Of a stretch of 64,000 bases of DNA, positions 10,053 through 19,875 are shown one piece after another. The stretch's first letter is position 1, and the number at the start of each line of letters is the position of its first letter. The notes below the pieces were generated by a model that saw only the letters and a list, made by a program, of their open reading frames with translations, did no database searches and had not been told where the DNA came from. The translations under genes and the position numbers were made by a program. The stretch is taken from NCBI GenBank assembly GCA_963786935.1, contig CAWBAN010000002.1:352001-416000 (forward strand), in the 5' to 3' direction. This DNA comes from an uncultured bacterium (GTDB taxonomy: Bacteria > Krumholzibacteriota > Krumholzibacteriia > Krumholzibacteriales > Krumholzibacteriaceae).

Positions 10053-11744
10053 CTATTCTTTCTCCGGGAGGGCGGGCTTGACGAAGATCGTCGTGCCGCG
10101 CGAGCAGAGCGCCGTGCCCGCCTTCGATTTTCTCGGCCTGCGGACGTGGCGCTTCTCGGCGTAGATCACGGGAACGGTCGAGGAGCCGCGCGCCTTGCTG
10201 AAGTACGCCGCGATGGCGGCGGCCGTTTCGATGACGGTTCGCGGCGTGGAGCGGTGGGCGCCCTTGAGCACGACGTGCGAGCCGGGCGATCCCTGCGCGT
10301 GGAACCAGAGATCGGACGGCGACGCGAACTCGTGCGTCAGGATGTCGTTCTCCGCGTCGCTCCGTCCCACGTACACCGTGTGCGCGGCGTCGAGCGGAAA
10401 ACGGCGGAAACGCTTCGCGGCCCCCGGCTCGCGCTCCCCGGCGCGGGCGGGCTTGTCCGGCGGAATGAGCGCGATGAGGTCCGCGGTCTCCTCGAGCGCG
10501 GCGATCCGGGCGAGCGCCTTCCGCGCGCGGACGATGTCGCGCGCCGTCTCGCGTTTCCGGTTCCTGATGATGACGTTCCCCTTCTCGCCCTTCTTCGCCT
10601 TCGTGAAATAGAGCCGGATGTTCCGCTCGACGGAGAGGGCGGGATCGAGCGGCACGACGACGTCCCGGTCGCCCGAGAAATCCGCGAGGACGATCTCGCG
10701 CAAGCCCGCCTTGAGCAGATGGCGGTGCGTGACGAGGAGGTTTCCGAAATGGCGGTATTCGTCGGCGCGCTCGGCGTCGGCGAGGTCCTGCTCGAGGTTA
10801 TGCTCGAGCCGCTCGAGGCGCTTCACGAGCTTGGCCGTCTGGACGGCGGCGCGCCGCCGCAGGTGCGCGACGTACGACGGCATGACGACTTCGTCCGCGC
10901 GCGCGGCGAGCGCATCGAGCGCGCCGCGCATGCGCCGCGCGGGCGCTTCGACAGGCAGATCCACCGGATAGAGCGCCGCGGCGCCCGCCTCGCCGGCCTC
11001 GGGAAAATCGTACAGGCGCCAATCCCACGCGCCGCCGGCGAGCCGCGCGCCGAGCCCGGCGAGCAGCGGCCACAGCCGCGCGGGATCCCCGCCCGCGCTT
11101 TTCGCGAGCACCGTCGCGAGAACCGGATCGATCCCGCCGATCGATCGGGCGAGCGCTTCGGCGAATGTTTTGGCCTGTTTCCATCGGCGCGTATGCTCGG
11201 GGGCGGCGGCGCCGAGCCCTCCGGGCGCCTTTTCGGCGAAGAGACCGGCGGGAGGCTCCGCGGGGAGATCGAGGAGCGAGTAGCGTTTCGACGGCAGGGC
11301 ATCGTCCGCCGCCGCCGTTCTTCTCCCCTTCTTCGCGCCGACCGCGGCGAGCTGCCGCTCGGTGCTTCCCCCGTAGAGGGCGAGCGCCTTCGCGGCGGGG
11401 GTGAGGTCGATCCTGAGGAGCAGGCTCTCCTCCGCTCCCCATTCTCCCCCGGGGGAGAGCTCGGCGACGAGGACGCGCTCGAAGCCGATGGAGCGGACGC
11501 GCTCGATGCGCCGCCCGTTCGCCGCCGTCATTTCCTCGATTCCCCGGTTCCGCGGGGCGAGCTCGCGGTCCGACGGCACGAGCTCCGGCTCCCGGCGGTG
11601 GTACAGCACGTGCGCGAAGGGGAACGGGCCGTTCCGGAGATAGAGCGTAACCGCTTCGGGGAAACGCCGCACGGCGGCGATCGAGGCGCCGGAGAGTATC
11701 CGGTCGAGCTCGGTCCCGAGCGCGTAGATGGTGAGGCTGTTCAT
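10053..11744 (-). CDS. rqcH: NFACT/Rqc2 family protein (RqcH/FbpA-like)
   Basis: Coiled-coil middle with YFTKAKK; NFACT-R domain VGRSDAENDILT...DLWFHAQGSPGSHVV, AAYFSK. Confidence 0.88.
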   Translation of the reverse strand: MNSLTIYALGTELDRILSGASIAAVRRFPEAVTLYLRNGPFPFAHVLYHRREPELVPSDRELAPRNRGIEEMTAANGRRIERVRSIGFERVLVAELSPGGEWGAEESLLLRIDLTPAAKALALYGGSTERQLAAVGAKKGRRTAAADDALPSKRYSLLDLPAEPPAGLFAEKAPGGLGAAAPEHTRRWKQAKTFAEALARSIGGIDPVLATVLAKSAGGDPARLWPLLAGLGARLAGGAWDWRLYDFPEAGEAGAAALYPVDLPVEAPARRMRGALDALAARADEVVMPSYVAHLRRRAAVQTAKLVKRLERLEHNLEQDLADAERADEYRHFGNLLVTHRHLLKAGLREIVLADFSGDRDVVVPLDPALSVERNIRLYFTKAKKGEKGNVIIRNRKRETARDIVRARKALARIAALEETADLIALIPPDKPARAGEREPGAAKRFRRFPLDAAHTVYVGRSDAENDILTHEFASPSDLWFHAQGSPGSHVVLKGAHRSTPRTVIETAAAIAAYFSKARGSSTVPVIYAEKRHVRRPRKSKAGTALCSRGTTIFVKPALPEKE

Positions 11745-11916
11745 GCGTCGAATGATAGGGTGGCGGCGGACCCGAAGTCAAATTGTAAAGCCGCCCCGCA
11801 TTTCTTCGCTTACCCCGAACGCCGGAATCGTGCTACAGTCCGCCGCGGGGGACAGCGTCATCCGCGGCGCCGCGGACGCGCGCGCGGACTTGTCGAATCA
11901 TTTCAAGGGGGAGCGT

Positions 11917-12792
11917 ATGGTCTACAGCATGACGGGGTACGGGAAGGGAGAATCGCGGGGCGCGGCCGGCGCCGTGACCGTCGAGGTGCGCACCGTGAAT
12001 CACCGGTTCATCGATTTCGCGATTCGGTTGCCGCGGCAGCTGAACGGCTACGAGCGCGAGGTCGAGAAGCTCGTTCGCGGCTCCCTCAAGCGCGGCCACG
12101 TCTATGTGACGGTCTCCGTCGATCTCGCGGCCGGGCCGGAGAACGTCGGGATCAATCGGCCGTACCTGCGCGCGGCGTACCGGGCGCTGAGCGATTTCGC
12201 GATCGAGGAGGGGATCCCCGGGCGGATCGACATCGGCACGCTGCTCGCGCTCCCCGACATCTTCGCGAACAACCTCGACGCGGCGCTGCCGGAGAGCCTC
12301 TGGGAAGAGACGCGCGCGGCGCTCGCCGCGGCGCTCGAAAAATGCAACGAGATGCGCCGGATCGAGGGGGAGGAGCTCGCGCGCGACGTCGCGCGGCGGC
12401 TCGTCGCCCTCGAGAAATCGGTCGCGCGCGTCGAGAAGAAAGCGCCGCTCGCCCTGAAGCGCTCGCTCGCGCGGGCGAAGGAGCGGCTCGCGCAGCTTTT
12501 GGCGGGGCACAAGATCGACGAGAACCGCTGGCTCATGGAGGCCGCGCTCACCGCCGAGCGGACCGATTTCTCCGAGGAGCTCGTCCGGATCAAGAGCCAT
12601 CTCGCCCAGTTCTACACGGTCCTCGAGAAGGGGGACGAGGTCTCGAAGGGCCTCACGTTCCTCCTCCAGGAGATTCATCGCGAGGCCACGACGATGGCGA
12701 ACAAGGCCGCAGACGCCGTCATCATCCGCGAATGCCTGTCCCTCAAGGAGGGGGTCGAGAAGATCCGCGAGCAGGTGCAGAATCTCGAGTGA
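11917..12792 (+). CDS. yicC: YicC/YloC family endoribonuclease
   Basis: SMTGYG, RTVNHRF, EELVR, FLLQEIHRE, EKIREQVQNLE. Confidence 0.95.
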   Translation: MVYSMTGYGKGESRGAAGAVTVEVRTVNHRFIDFAIRLPRQLNGYEREVEKLVRGSLKRGHVYVTVSVDLAAGPENVGINRPYLRAAYRALSDFAIEEGIPGRIDIGTLLALPDIFANNLDAALPESLWEETRAALAAALEKCNEMRRIEGEELARDVARRLVALEKSVARVEKKAPLALKRSLARAKERLAQLLAGHKIDENRWLMEAALTAERTDFSEELVRIKSHLAQFYTVLEKGDEVSKGLTFLLQEIHREATTMANKAADAVIIRECLSLKEGVEKIREQVQNLE

Positions 12793-12853
12793 GGCGCCGC
12801 GCCGCGCGCCCTCGCGGCGCGCGCGGCCGGGCCCGAACCGGGGAGGGAGAGCC

Positions 12854-13459
12854 GTGACGCCGTCCTCGATCATATCCAGGGAGCCGCTCCTCGTCGTCAT
12901 ATCGGGGCCCTCGGGCGTCGGCAAGTCGACGATCGTCGACCGCGTCCTCGCGCGCGTCCCCGGCATGGTCGCCTCGATTTCGGTCACGACGCGGCCGCCG
13001 CGCGGCGGCGAGCGGGACGGATTCGAATATTTTTTCCTGACGCGCGAGGAGTTCGAGCGGCGTCGCGCCGCCGGGGATTTCCTCGAATGGGCCGAAGTGC
13101 ACGGAAACCTCTACGGCACCCCCGCCGCGTTCGTCGAGGATAGGCTCGCCTCAGGCGCGAGCGTCGTCCTCGAGATCGATATCCAGGGGGGGATGAGCGT
13201 GCGGGGACGGTTCCCCGGAGCCGTGCTCATATTCCTCGTGCCCCCCGACGTCGAGACGCTCCGGGCGCGGCTCGACGGCCGCGGGACGGACGGCGAGGAG
13301 GTCATCCGCCGCCGGCTCGAGAACGCGCGGAAGGAGCTCGCCCGCGTCGACGGCTACGATTACGCCGTCGTCAACGACGACGTCGAGCGGTGCGTCGCGG
13401 ACTGCATCGCCATCATCCGCGCGGAGGGGCTCCGGCGGGAGCGGGCGGTGTTCGGCTAG
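12854..13459 (+). CDS. gmk: guanylate kinase
   Basis: GPSGVGKST, TTRPPR, FLEWAEVHGNLYGT. Confidence 0.97.
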   Translation: MTPSSIISREPLLVVISGPSGVGKSTIVDRVLARVPGMVASISVTTRPPRGGERDGFEYFFLTREEFERRRAAGDFLEWAEVHGNLYGTPAAFVEDRLASGASVVLEIDIQGGMSVRGRFPGAVLIFLVPPDVETLRARLDGRGTDGEEVIRRRLENARKELARVDGYDYAVVNDDVERCVADCIAIIRAEGLRRERAVFG

Positions 13460-13493
13460 CGCCCCGGGGAGGTCCGGCGCGGCGTTTTCGTCC

Positions 13494-13522
13494 TTGCGCA
13501 AGGGATTGAATTATATTACTAT
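13494..13522 (+). promoter_or_regulatory. putative internal promoter for rpoZ-coaBC
   Basis: TTGCGC, 17 nt, TACTAT in an AT-rich patch. Confidence 0.5.
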
Positions 13523-13633
13523 TTCTCCCCCGGCACGAGGGGCGGAGAGGCTCTCCGATCGATGTCCGGGTGCCCGAGGGCATTCCAGCCGGCACGCATA
13601 TCGTGGTTCACCGTAACGATGAGAGGGTATGCT

Positions 13634-13849
13634 ATGAATCGCGCCCCACTTGAGAGAATTCTCGATGTCATCCCGAACAGGTACGAAGCGGTTCGGATCA
13701 TGGCGAAGGAGGCGAGGAGGATCAATCTCCTGATCCGCCTCTCCGGCGAAGAGATCGAAGAGAAACCGACCTCGATCGCGATGAAACGACTCGTCGACGG
13801 GAAAGTGAAGTATACGTATGCGGATGCGGAGCCAGAGGGGGAAAAATAG
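13634..13849 (+). CDS. rpoZ: RNA polymerase omega subunit
   Basis: NRYEAV...AKEARRIN, KPTSIA; between gmk and coaBC. Confidence 0.85.
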   Translation: MNRAPLERILDVIPNRYEAVRIMAKEARRINLLIRLSGEEIEEKPTSIAMKRLVDGKVKYTYADAEPEGEK

Positions 13850-13862
13850 CCGCGGGGAAGGA

Positions 13863-15065
13863 TTGCTGGGCAAACGGATTCTCCTCGTGGTGACGGGCGG
13901 CATCGCCGCCTATAAATCCGCCCTCCTGGTCCGACTTCTCAAATGCAGGGGGGCCGAGGTGCGCGTGGCGATGAGCGCCGCCGCGACCGAGTTCGTCACG
14001 CCGATCACGTTCGAAGTTCTCTCCGAAAATCCCGTATCGCTCAGCTTGTTCGCGCGCCGCGAACGCCCCGTCGTCGAGCACGTCGAGCTCTCGAAGTGGG
14101 CGGACCGCGTCGTCGTCGCGCCGGCGACCGCGGACATCATCGCGAAGGCGGCGCACGGCATCGCCGACGACATCGCGAGCACGGTGCTGCTGGCGGCGCG
14201 CGCCATGGTCATGTTCGCCCCCGCCATGAACGAAGCGATGTGGGCGAGCCCGCCCGTCAAACGGAATATCGAAACGCTCATCACGGACGGAAAAATAGTG
14301 CTCGGCCCCGGCTCGGGCGCCCTCGCGTGCGGGGACGTCGGTCCCGGCCGCATGGCCGAGCCCGAGGAGATCGTTCGGGCGCTCGATGAATCGTTCGCTC
14401 CCGGCGTGCTCGCCGGCGTCAGGGTGCTCGTGACGGCCGGGCGCACCGAGGAGGAGATCGATCCGGTGCGCTGCCTCACGAACCGGTCGTCGGGGCGCAT
14501 GGGATTCGCGCTCGCCCGCGCGGCGCGCGCCCGCGGGGCGCGGGTCGTGATCGTGCACGGCCCGGTCGACGTGCCGCCGCCGGCCGACATCGAGGCCCGG
14601 AGCGTCACGACGGCGGCCGAGATGGGCGCGGCCGTGACGAAGGAGTTCGCCGCGTGCGACGTGCTCGTCATGGCGGCCGCCGTGTCCGATTTCACGCCGG
14701 TCCGGCGCAACGCGCAGAAGATCAAGCGGGCGGGGAAAACGCTCGCGCTCGAGCTCCGCGCGACCGACGACATCCTCGCCTCGCTCGCGAAACGGAAGGG
14801 GAAGCGGATCGTCGTCGGTTTCGCCCTCGAAACGGCGGACGGCGAGGCGAACGCGACCCGGAAGGCCCGCGAGAAGGGCTGCGATTACATGGTGCTCAAC
14901 GCGCCGGGGAAGCACACCGGCTTCGGCGCGCCGACGAACCGGATTACGCTCTTCAAGGGACGGAACAGGCTCTTCGAGACCCCGCTCGTCTCGAAGGACG
15001 AAGCGGCGGCCCTCATCCTCGACGCGGTGGCCGCCGACGGCAGGGTGAAGCGGTTCGCCCGATAG
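13863..15065 (+). CDS. coaBC: bifunctional phosphopantothenoylcysteine decarboxylase/synthase
   Basis: TGGIAAYK, APATAD, PAMN, LACGDVGPGR, IDPVR..NRSSGRMG, VGFALET; start uncertain (TTG 13863 or ATG 13818). Confidence 0.95.
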   Translation: MLGKRILLVVTGGIAAYKSALLVRLLKCRGAEVRVAMSAAATEFVTPITFEVLSENPVSLSLFARRERPVVEHVELSKWADRVVVAPATADIIAKAAHGIADDIASTVLLAARAMVMFAPAMNEAMWASPPVKRNIETLITDGKIVLGPGSGALACGDVGPGRMAEPEEIVRALDESFAPGVLAGVRVLVTAGRTEEEIDPVRCLTNRSSGRMGFALARAARARGARVVIVHGPVDVPPPADIEARSVTTAAEMGAAVTKEFAACDVLVMAAAVSDFTPVRRNAQKIKRAGKTLALELRATDDILASLAKRKGKRIVVGFALETADGEANATRKAREKGCDYMVLNAPGKHTGFGAPTNRITLFKGRNRLFETPLVSKDEAAALILDAVAADGRVKRFAR

Positions 15066-15073
15066 GGGATTCC

Positions 15074-15907
15074 ATGGAACGGGACGCGCTCGGGGACATC
15101 AAGCGATACCTCCTCGGCAGGCGAGGCATGGGCGTGGAGGTCGCGTACCGGATCGCCGGCGCGGAGCGCCCGGTGGACGCGCCGCGCGCGGGCGGGCGGG
15201 AGACCGCGCTCGTCACGTCACCGGCCCCGCGGGCAGACGCCGCGCCCCGGAGTGATTCCGCGCCCCGGGCCGAGAGCGCGGCGGCCGAGCAAGCGTCTCT
15301 CTTCGGCGAGCCCGGCCGGAAACCGTCGCTCGATCTCGCGGGATTCGATCTCGCCGCGCTCGAGGCGGCGGTCGCGAAATGCGAGCGCTGCGGACTCGCC
15401 GGGGGACGGACGCGGACCGTCTTCGGGAGCGGAAATCCCGCCTCGCGGATCGTGTTCGTCGGCGAGGCGCCGGGCCGGGACGAGGATCTCCAGGGGCTCC
15501 CCTTCGTCGGGCGGGCGGGGCAGCTGCTCACGAAGATGCTCGCCGCGATCGGATTCACCCGCGACGAGGTGTACATCACGAATATTCTGAAATGCCGGCC
15601 GCCGGGAAACCGCGAGCCGCAGGAGGACGAGATGGCGTCGTGCGAGCCGTACCTCGCGAGACAGCTCGCGCTCGTGCGGCCCGCCCTGATCTGCGCGCTC
15701 GGGAGGATCGCGGCGCACGGGCTTCTCAAGAAGACGACGGCGCTCGGCGTGCTCCGGCAGGGCGTGCACTACTACCATGACATACCGGTCGCGGTGACGT
15801 ATCACCCGGCCGCGCTGCTCAGGAATCCGAATCTCAAACGCGACGCGTGGGAGGACCTCCAGACGATGCGGAGGCTCTACGACGAGCGGGTCGGGGAGGA
15901 CGCATGA
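15074..15907 (+). CDS. uracil-DNA glycosylase family 4
   Basis: CERC, GEAPG, PFVGRAG, KCRPPGNR, YHPA. Confidence 0.93.
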   Translation: MERDALGDIKRYLLGRRGMGVEVAYRIAGAERPVDAPRAGGRETALVTSPAPRADAAPRSDSAPRAESAAAEQASLFGEPGRKPSLDLAGFDLAALEAAVAKCERCGLAGGRTRTVFGSGNPASRIVFVGEAPGRDEDLQGLPFVGRAGQLLTKMLAAIGFTRDEVYITNILKCRPPGNREPQEDEMASCEPYLARQLALVRPALICALGRIAAHGLLKKTTALGVLRQGVHYYHDIPVAVTYHPAALLRNPNLKRDAWEDLQTMRRLYDERVGEDA

Positions 15908-17295
15908 CGGACACCGGCACGAATATGCGCATCGAGTTCAAGAACCTCGAGCGCGTCCCGCCGCAGAACCTCGAGGCGGAGCGCGCGGTGCTCGGGGGCA
16001 TGCTCCTCGAGCCCGAGGCCGCGACGCGCGCCGTCGAGATCGTCGGGGCCGAGAACTTCTACCGCCCCGCGCACGGGAAGATCTTCGGCGCGATGCTCAC
16101 CCTTTTCAACAAGCGCGAGCCGATCGACGTCATGACGCTCTCGGAGGAGCTGCGCAAGACCTCGGATCTCGAGGCGGTGGGGGGCATCGCGGCGCTCACC
16201 GATCTCGTCGACTCGACGCCGAGCGCGGCGAACATCGAGCACTACGCGCGCATCGTGCTCGACAAGTCGATTCTCCGGAAGCTCATCCGCGCCTCCACCG
16301 ACATCGCCGAGGACGCCTACGGGGCGAACCGCGAGGCGGACGCCATCCTCGACGCCGCGGAGCAGAAGATATTCAAGATATCCGAGTCGCGCGTGACGCA
16401 GGGCTTCGTGCACATCAAGGACGTGCTCAAGGAGCGGTTCGAGGAGATCCAGCGGGTGCACGAGACGCGGATCAGCGTCACCGGGCTGGCGAGCGGCTTC
16501 CTCGATCTCGACAAGTACACCGCCGGATTTCATCCGAGCGATTTCGTCATCATCGCGGGGCGCCCCTCGATGGGCAAAACGAGCTTCGCGCTCAACATCG
16601 CGCAGCACGTCGGGCTCCTCGAGCACCGGCCGGTCGCGATCTTCAGCCTCGAGATGTCGAAGGAGCTCCTCGTCCAGCGGCTCCTCTGCGCCGAAGGGGA
16701 AGTGGACGCGCAGAAGGTGCGGAGCGGCTTCACCCTGCCGAAGGACATCGAGCGGCTCACCAACGCAGCGGGGCTCCTGTCCGAGGCGCCGATCTTCATC
16801 GACGATACGCCGGCGATCTCGACCCTCGACATGCGCGCCCGGGCGCGCCGGCTCAAGTCGGAGCACGACATCGCGCTCATCATCATCGATTATCTGCAGC
16901 TCGCCCGCTGCAGCGAGCGGTCCGAGAACCGGCAGCAGGAGATCTCCTCGATCTCGCGGTCGCTCAAGGCGCTCGCCAAGGAGCTCTCGATTCCGATCAT
17001 CGCCCTCTCCCAGCTCTCGCGCGCCGTCGAGGCGCGCGGCGGCGACCGGCGGCCGATGCTCTCGGATCTCCGCGAGTCGGGCGCCATCGAGCAGGACGCC
17101 GACCTCGTCCTCTTCCTCTACCGGGCCGAGTTCTACGATCCGGACGATCCCGACAAGCAGGGGAAGGCCGAGCTCATCATCGGAAAGCAGCGGAACGGGC
17201 CCACCGGCATCGTCCCGCTCGTTTTCGAGAAGCGCTACACGAGGTTCTATTCGGCGGCGCAGTCGGACGCCGGGGCGCCGCCGGAGGTATTCTAG
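15904..17295 (+). CDS. dnaB: replicative DNA helicase
   Basis: PPQNLEAE, GRPSMGKT, IDYLQL, SQLSR, SDLRESGAIEQDAD, KQRNGP; no intein. Confidence 0.98.
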   Translation: MTDTGTNMRIEFKNLERVPPQNLEAERAVLGGMLLEPEAATRAVEIVGAENFYRPAHGKIFGAMLTLFNKREPIDVMTLSEELRKTSDLEAVGGIAALTDLVDSTPSAANIEHYARIVLDKSILRKLIRASTDIAEDAYGANREADAILDAAEQKIFKISESRVTQGFVHIKDVLKERFEEIQRVHETRISVTGLASGFLDLDKYTAGFHPSDFVIIAGRPSMGKTSFALNIAQHVGLLEHRPVAIFSLEMSKELLVQRLLCAEGEVDAQKVRSGFTLPKDIERLTNAAGLLSEAPIFIDDTPAISTLDMRARARRLKSEHDIALIIIDYLQLARCSERSENRQQEISSISRSLKALAKELSIPIIALSQLSRAVEARGGDRRPMLSDLRESGAIEQDADLVLFLYRAEFYDPDDPDKQGKAELIIGKQRNGPTGIVPLVFEKRYTRFYSAAQSDAGAPPEVF

Positions 17296-18087
17296 ATGAC
17301 GCCGCTCCACATTCTGGGCAGGTTTTTCCTCGGGTTCTTCGAGGAGATCGGGGGGGTGTTCCTCCTCATCTGCCGCGTGTTCCAGACGCTCCCCCGCACC
17401 TTCGCGAACGCGAAAGGCATCCTGCAGCAGATGGACCGGATCGGGATCGGCTCGATCCCGCTCGTCCTCGTGACTTCGCTCTTCGTCGGCGCGGTGACCT
17501 CCGTGCAGGCGGCGTACCAGTTCCACGGATACGTGCCGCTCAAGTTCATCGGCACGGTCGTCGGCAAATCGGTCATCCTCGAGCTCGGCCCCGTGCTCAC
17601 CGCGCTCGTCGTCGGGGGGCGGGTGAGCGCGTCCATCGCCGCCGAGCTCGGCACGATGAAGGTCACCGAGCAGATCGACGCGATGGAGATGATCGCGATC
17701 GATCCGGTCGAGAACCTCGTCCTGCCGCGGGCGATCGGCGCGACCTTCATGCTCCCCGTGCTCACCGTGTTCTCCGATTTCCTCGCGATCCTCGGCGCCA
17801 TGATCGTCGCGAACGTTTCGCTCCACGTCGGCTTCAACACGTTCGGAACGGGCCTGAAGCTCCTCTTCAGGACGCAGGACATCGCCGGCGGGCTCATGAA
17901 GACCTTCATCTTCGGCTTCATCATCGCGATCATGGGGTGCTACCACGGCTTCCAGACGAGGGGGGGCGCCGAGGGCGTGGGGCTCGCCACGATGCGGGCG
18001 GTCGTGTCCTCCTGCCTCCTCATCCTCGTGTGGAATTACCTGCTGGCGTCCGTCATCTTCCGGTTCCTGTTCGCGCCCGCTTCGTAG
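17296..18087 (+). CDS. mlaE: MlaE family ABC permease
   Basis: ELGPVLTAL, AELGTMKVTEQIDA, GGAEGVG. Confidence 0.92.
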   Translation: MTPLHILGRFFLGFFEEIGGVFLLICRVFQTLPRTFANAKGILQQMDRIGIGSIPLVLVTSLFVGAVTSVQAAYQFHGYVPLKFIGTVVGKSVILELGPVLTALVVGGRVSASIAAELGTMKVTEQIDAMEMIAIDPVENLVLPRAIGATFMLPVLTVFSDFLAILGAMIVANVSLHVGFNTFGTGLKLLFRTQDIAGGLMKTFIFGFIIAIMGCYHGFQTRGGAEGVGLATMRAVVSSCLLILVWNYLLASVIFRFLFAPAS

Positions 18088-18100
18088 GAGGCCCGGTGTC

Positions 18101-18865
18101 ATGCAACGCGGCGATGCCATCATCGGAATCCGGGGACTCAGAAAATCGTTCGGCAGCCATCGCGTGCTCGATGCGCTCGATCTCGACATCGAGCGGGGCG
18201 AGACGCTCGTCGTCATCGGGCGGAGCGGGTGCGGGAAGAGCGTCCTCCTCAAGCACATCACGGGGCTCGTGAGGCCCGACGCGGGGGAAATCCTTTTCGA
18301 GGGCGAGGATATGACGCGTTTCGACCGGAAAAAGCTGTTCCAAATGCGCATGCACTTTGGTATGCTTTTTCAGAGTTCCGCGCTTTTCGACTCGATGACG
18401 GTCGGTGAAAACGTTGCGCTTCCGCTCCGGAAGCACTCGAACATGAGCGAGGAGGAGATCGCGCGGACCGTGACCGAAAAGCTCGAGCTCGTCGGGCTGA
18501 CCGGCGTGCAGGGACAGTATCCGGCGGAGATGAGCGGGGGGATGAAGAAGCGGATCGGCCTCGCGCGCGCCGTCGCCATGAACCCCCAGGTGGTGCTCTA
18601 CGACGAGCCGACGACGGGGCTCGATCCCATCATGGCGGACGTCATCAACGAGCTCATCAGGACTCTCCAGCGGGAGCTGAAGGTCACGTCGGTCGTGGTC
18701 ACCCACGATATCAAGAGCGCGTATCATGTCGGCGATCGCATCGCGATGCTGCATGAGGGCAGGATCATATTCTCGGGATCGCCGGACGAGGTTCGGCGGA
18801 CCGATGATCCGGTGATCCGGCAGTTCGTGGAAGGAAGGGCCGAGGGGCCCATCAAGCCGATCTAG
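18101..18865 (+). CDS. mlaF: MlaF-like ABC ATPase
   Basis: GRSGCGKS, SGGMKKR, YDEPTTGLDP, VTHD. Confidence 0.9.
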   Translation: MQRGDAIIGIRGLRKSFGSHRVLDALDLDIERGETLVVIGRSGCGKSVLLKHITGLVRPDAGEILFEGEDMTRFDRKKLFQMRMHFGMLFQSSALFDSMTVGENVALPLRKHSNMSEEEIARTVTEKLELVGLTGVQGQYPAEMSGGMKKRIGLARAVAMNPQVVLYDEPTTGLDPIMADVINELIRTLQRELKVTSVVVTHDIKSAYHVGDRIAMLHEGRIIFSGSPDEVRRTDDPVIRQFVEGRAEGPIKPI

Positions 18866-18938
18866 CGCGGCCGCCCGGCACGGGCCGGGGCGCCGCGGCG
18901 GCGGGAGTCGCGTAACCGGAACGGCGGGAAACAAACCG

Positions 18939-19835
18939 ATGGAATACAAATCGCTCGAGATCAGGGTCGGATTCACGGTCTTCGTCGCCTCGCTCATCCT
19001 CATCGTCGGGCTCATGTGGTTCCAGGGCTTCAAGGTGGGGCGCGGCACGTACCAGATCCACGCCGCGTTCCCGATGGTGGGCGGCATCGGGCCGGGGGAC
19101 AAGGTCAACCTCAACGGCGTCGAGATGGGGAGCGTGAAGCGCGTGCAGCTGCGCGAACGCGACGTGCTCCTCACGATGGATATCAGCAGGCGGGCGCGGA
19201 TCCCCGACGATTCGCGCATCGTCCTCCAGACCGTCGGCATCATGGGGGAGCGCATCATCACGGTGCTCCTCGGGACGTCGGAAAAATTCCTCGAGCCCGG
19301 CGCGACGATGCAGGGGGTGTACGAGCCCGGCATCACCGAGGCGCTCGCCTTCCTCGGCAACATCATGGACGATCTCACGGAGCTCACCAAGGACATGCAG
19401 AAGATCGCCGGCACGCTCACCCAGGGCAACAAGCTCAAGGGGATCGTCGACAACCTCGCCGAGATCAGCGGGCGGCTCCGCGCCCTCATCGAGCGCGACG
19501 CCCCCGGCTTCGAGTCGGGCGTGCAGTCGTTCCGGCGTTCGGCGGAAACGATGGACAAGCTCCTCGCCCGGAACGAGGGGAACATCGACACGCTGATGAC
19601 CTCCTTCGCCGAGGCGAGCAAGGACTTTCCCGAGCTCGTGAAACGGATGCGCGCCGTCACCGACGAGCTCGCCGAGATCACGAACAGCCTCCAGAAGAAC
19701 GACAACACGCTCGGCGCGCTCATGAGCGACCGCGCCCTCATGGACAAGCTCGAGAAGGCGGTGAAGGACCTCGACGACCTCGTCACCGACGTGAAAGCGA
19801 ATCCGAAGAAATATCTGAAGGTCGAGATATTCTGA
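18939..19835 (+). CDS. mlaD: MlaD/MCE family protein with long helical C-terminus
   Basis: N-terminal TM, MCE domain (VNLNGVEMGSV, GIMGE), C-terminal NPKKY. Confidence 0.88.
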   Translation: MEYKSLEIRVGFTVFVASLILIVGLMWFQGFKVGRGTYQIHAAFPMVGGIGPGDKVNLNGVEMGSVKRVQLRERDVLLTMDISRRARIPDDSRIVLQTVGIMGERIITVLLGTSEKFLEPGATMQGVYEPGITEALAFLGNIMDDLTELTKDMQKIAGTLTQGNKLKGIVDNLAEISGRLRALIERDAPGFESGVQSFRRSAETMDKLLARNEGNIDTLMTSFAEASKDFPELVKRMRAVTDELAEITNSLQKNDNTLGALMSDRALMDKLEKAVKDLDDLVTDVKANPKKYLKVEIF

Positions 19836-19875
19836 GAAGACCGAAGCTTCCGAGGCCGAAAGGGAAGATGTTCTT

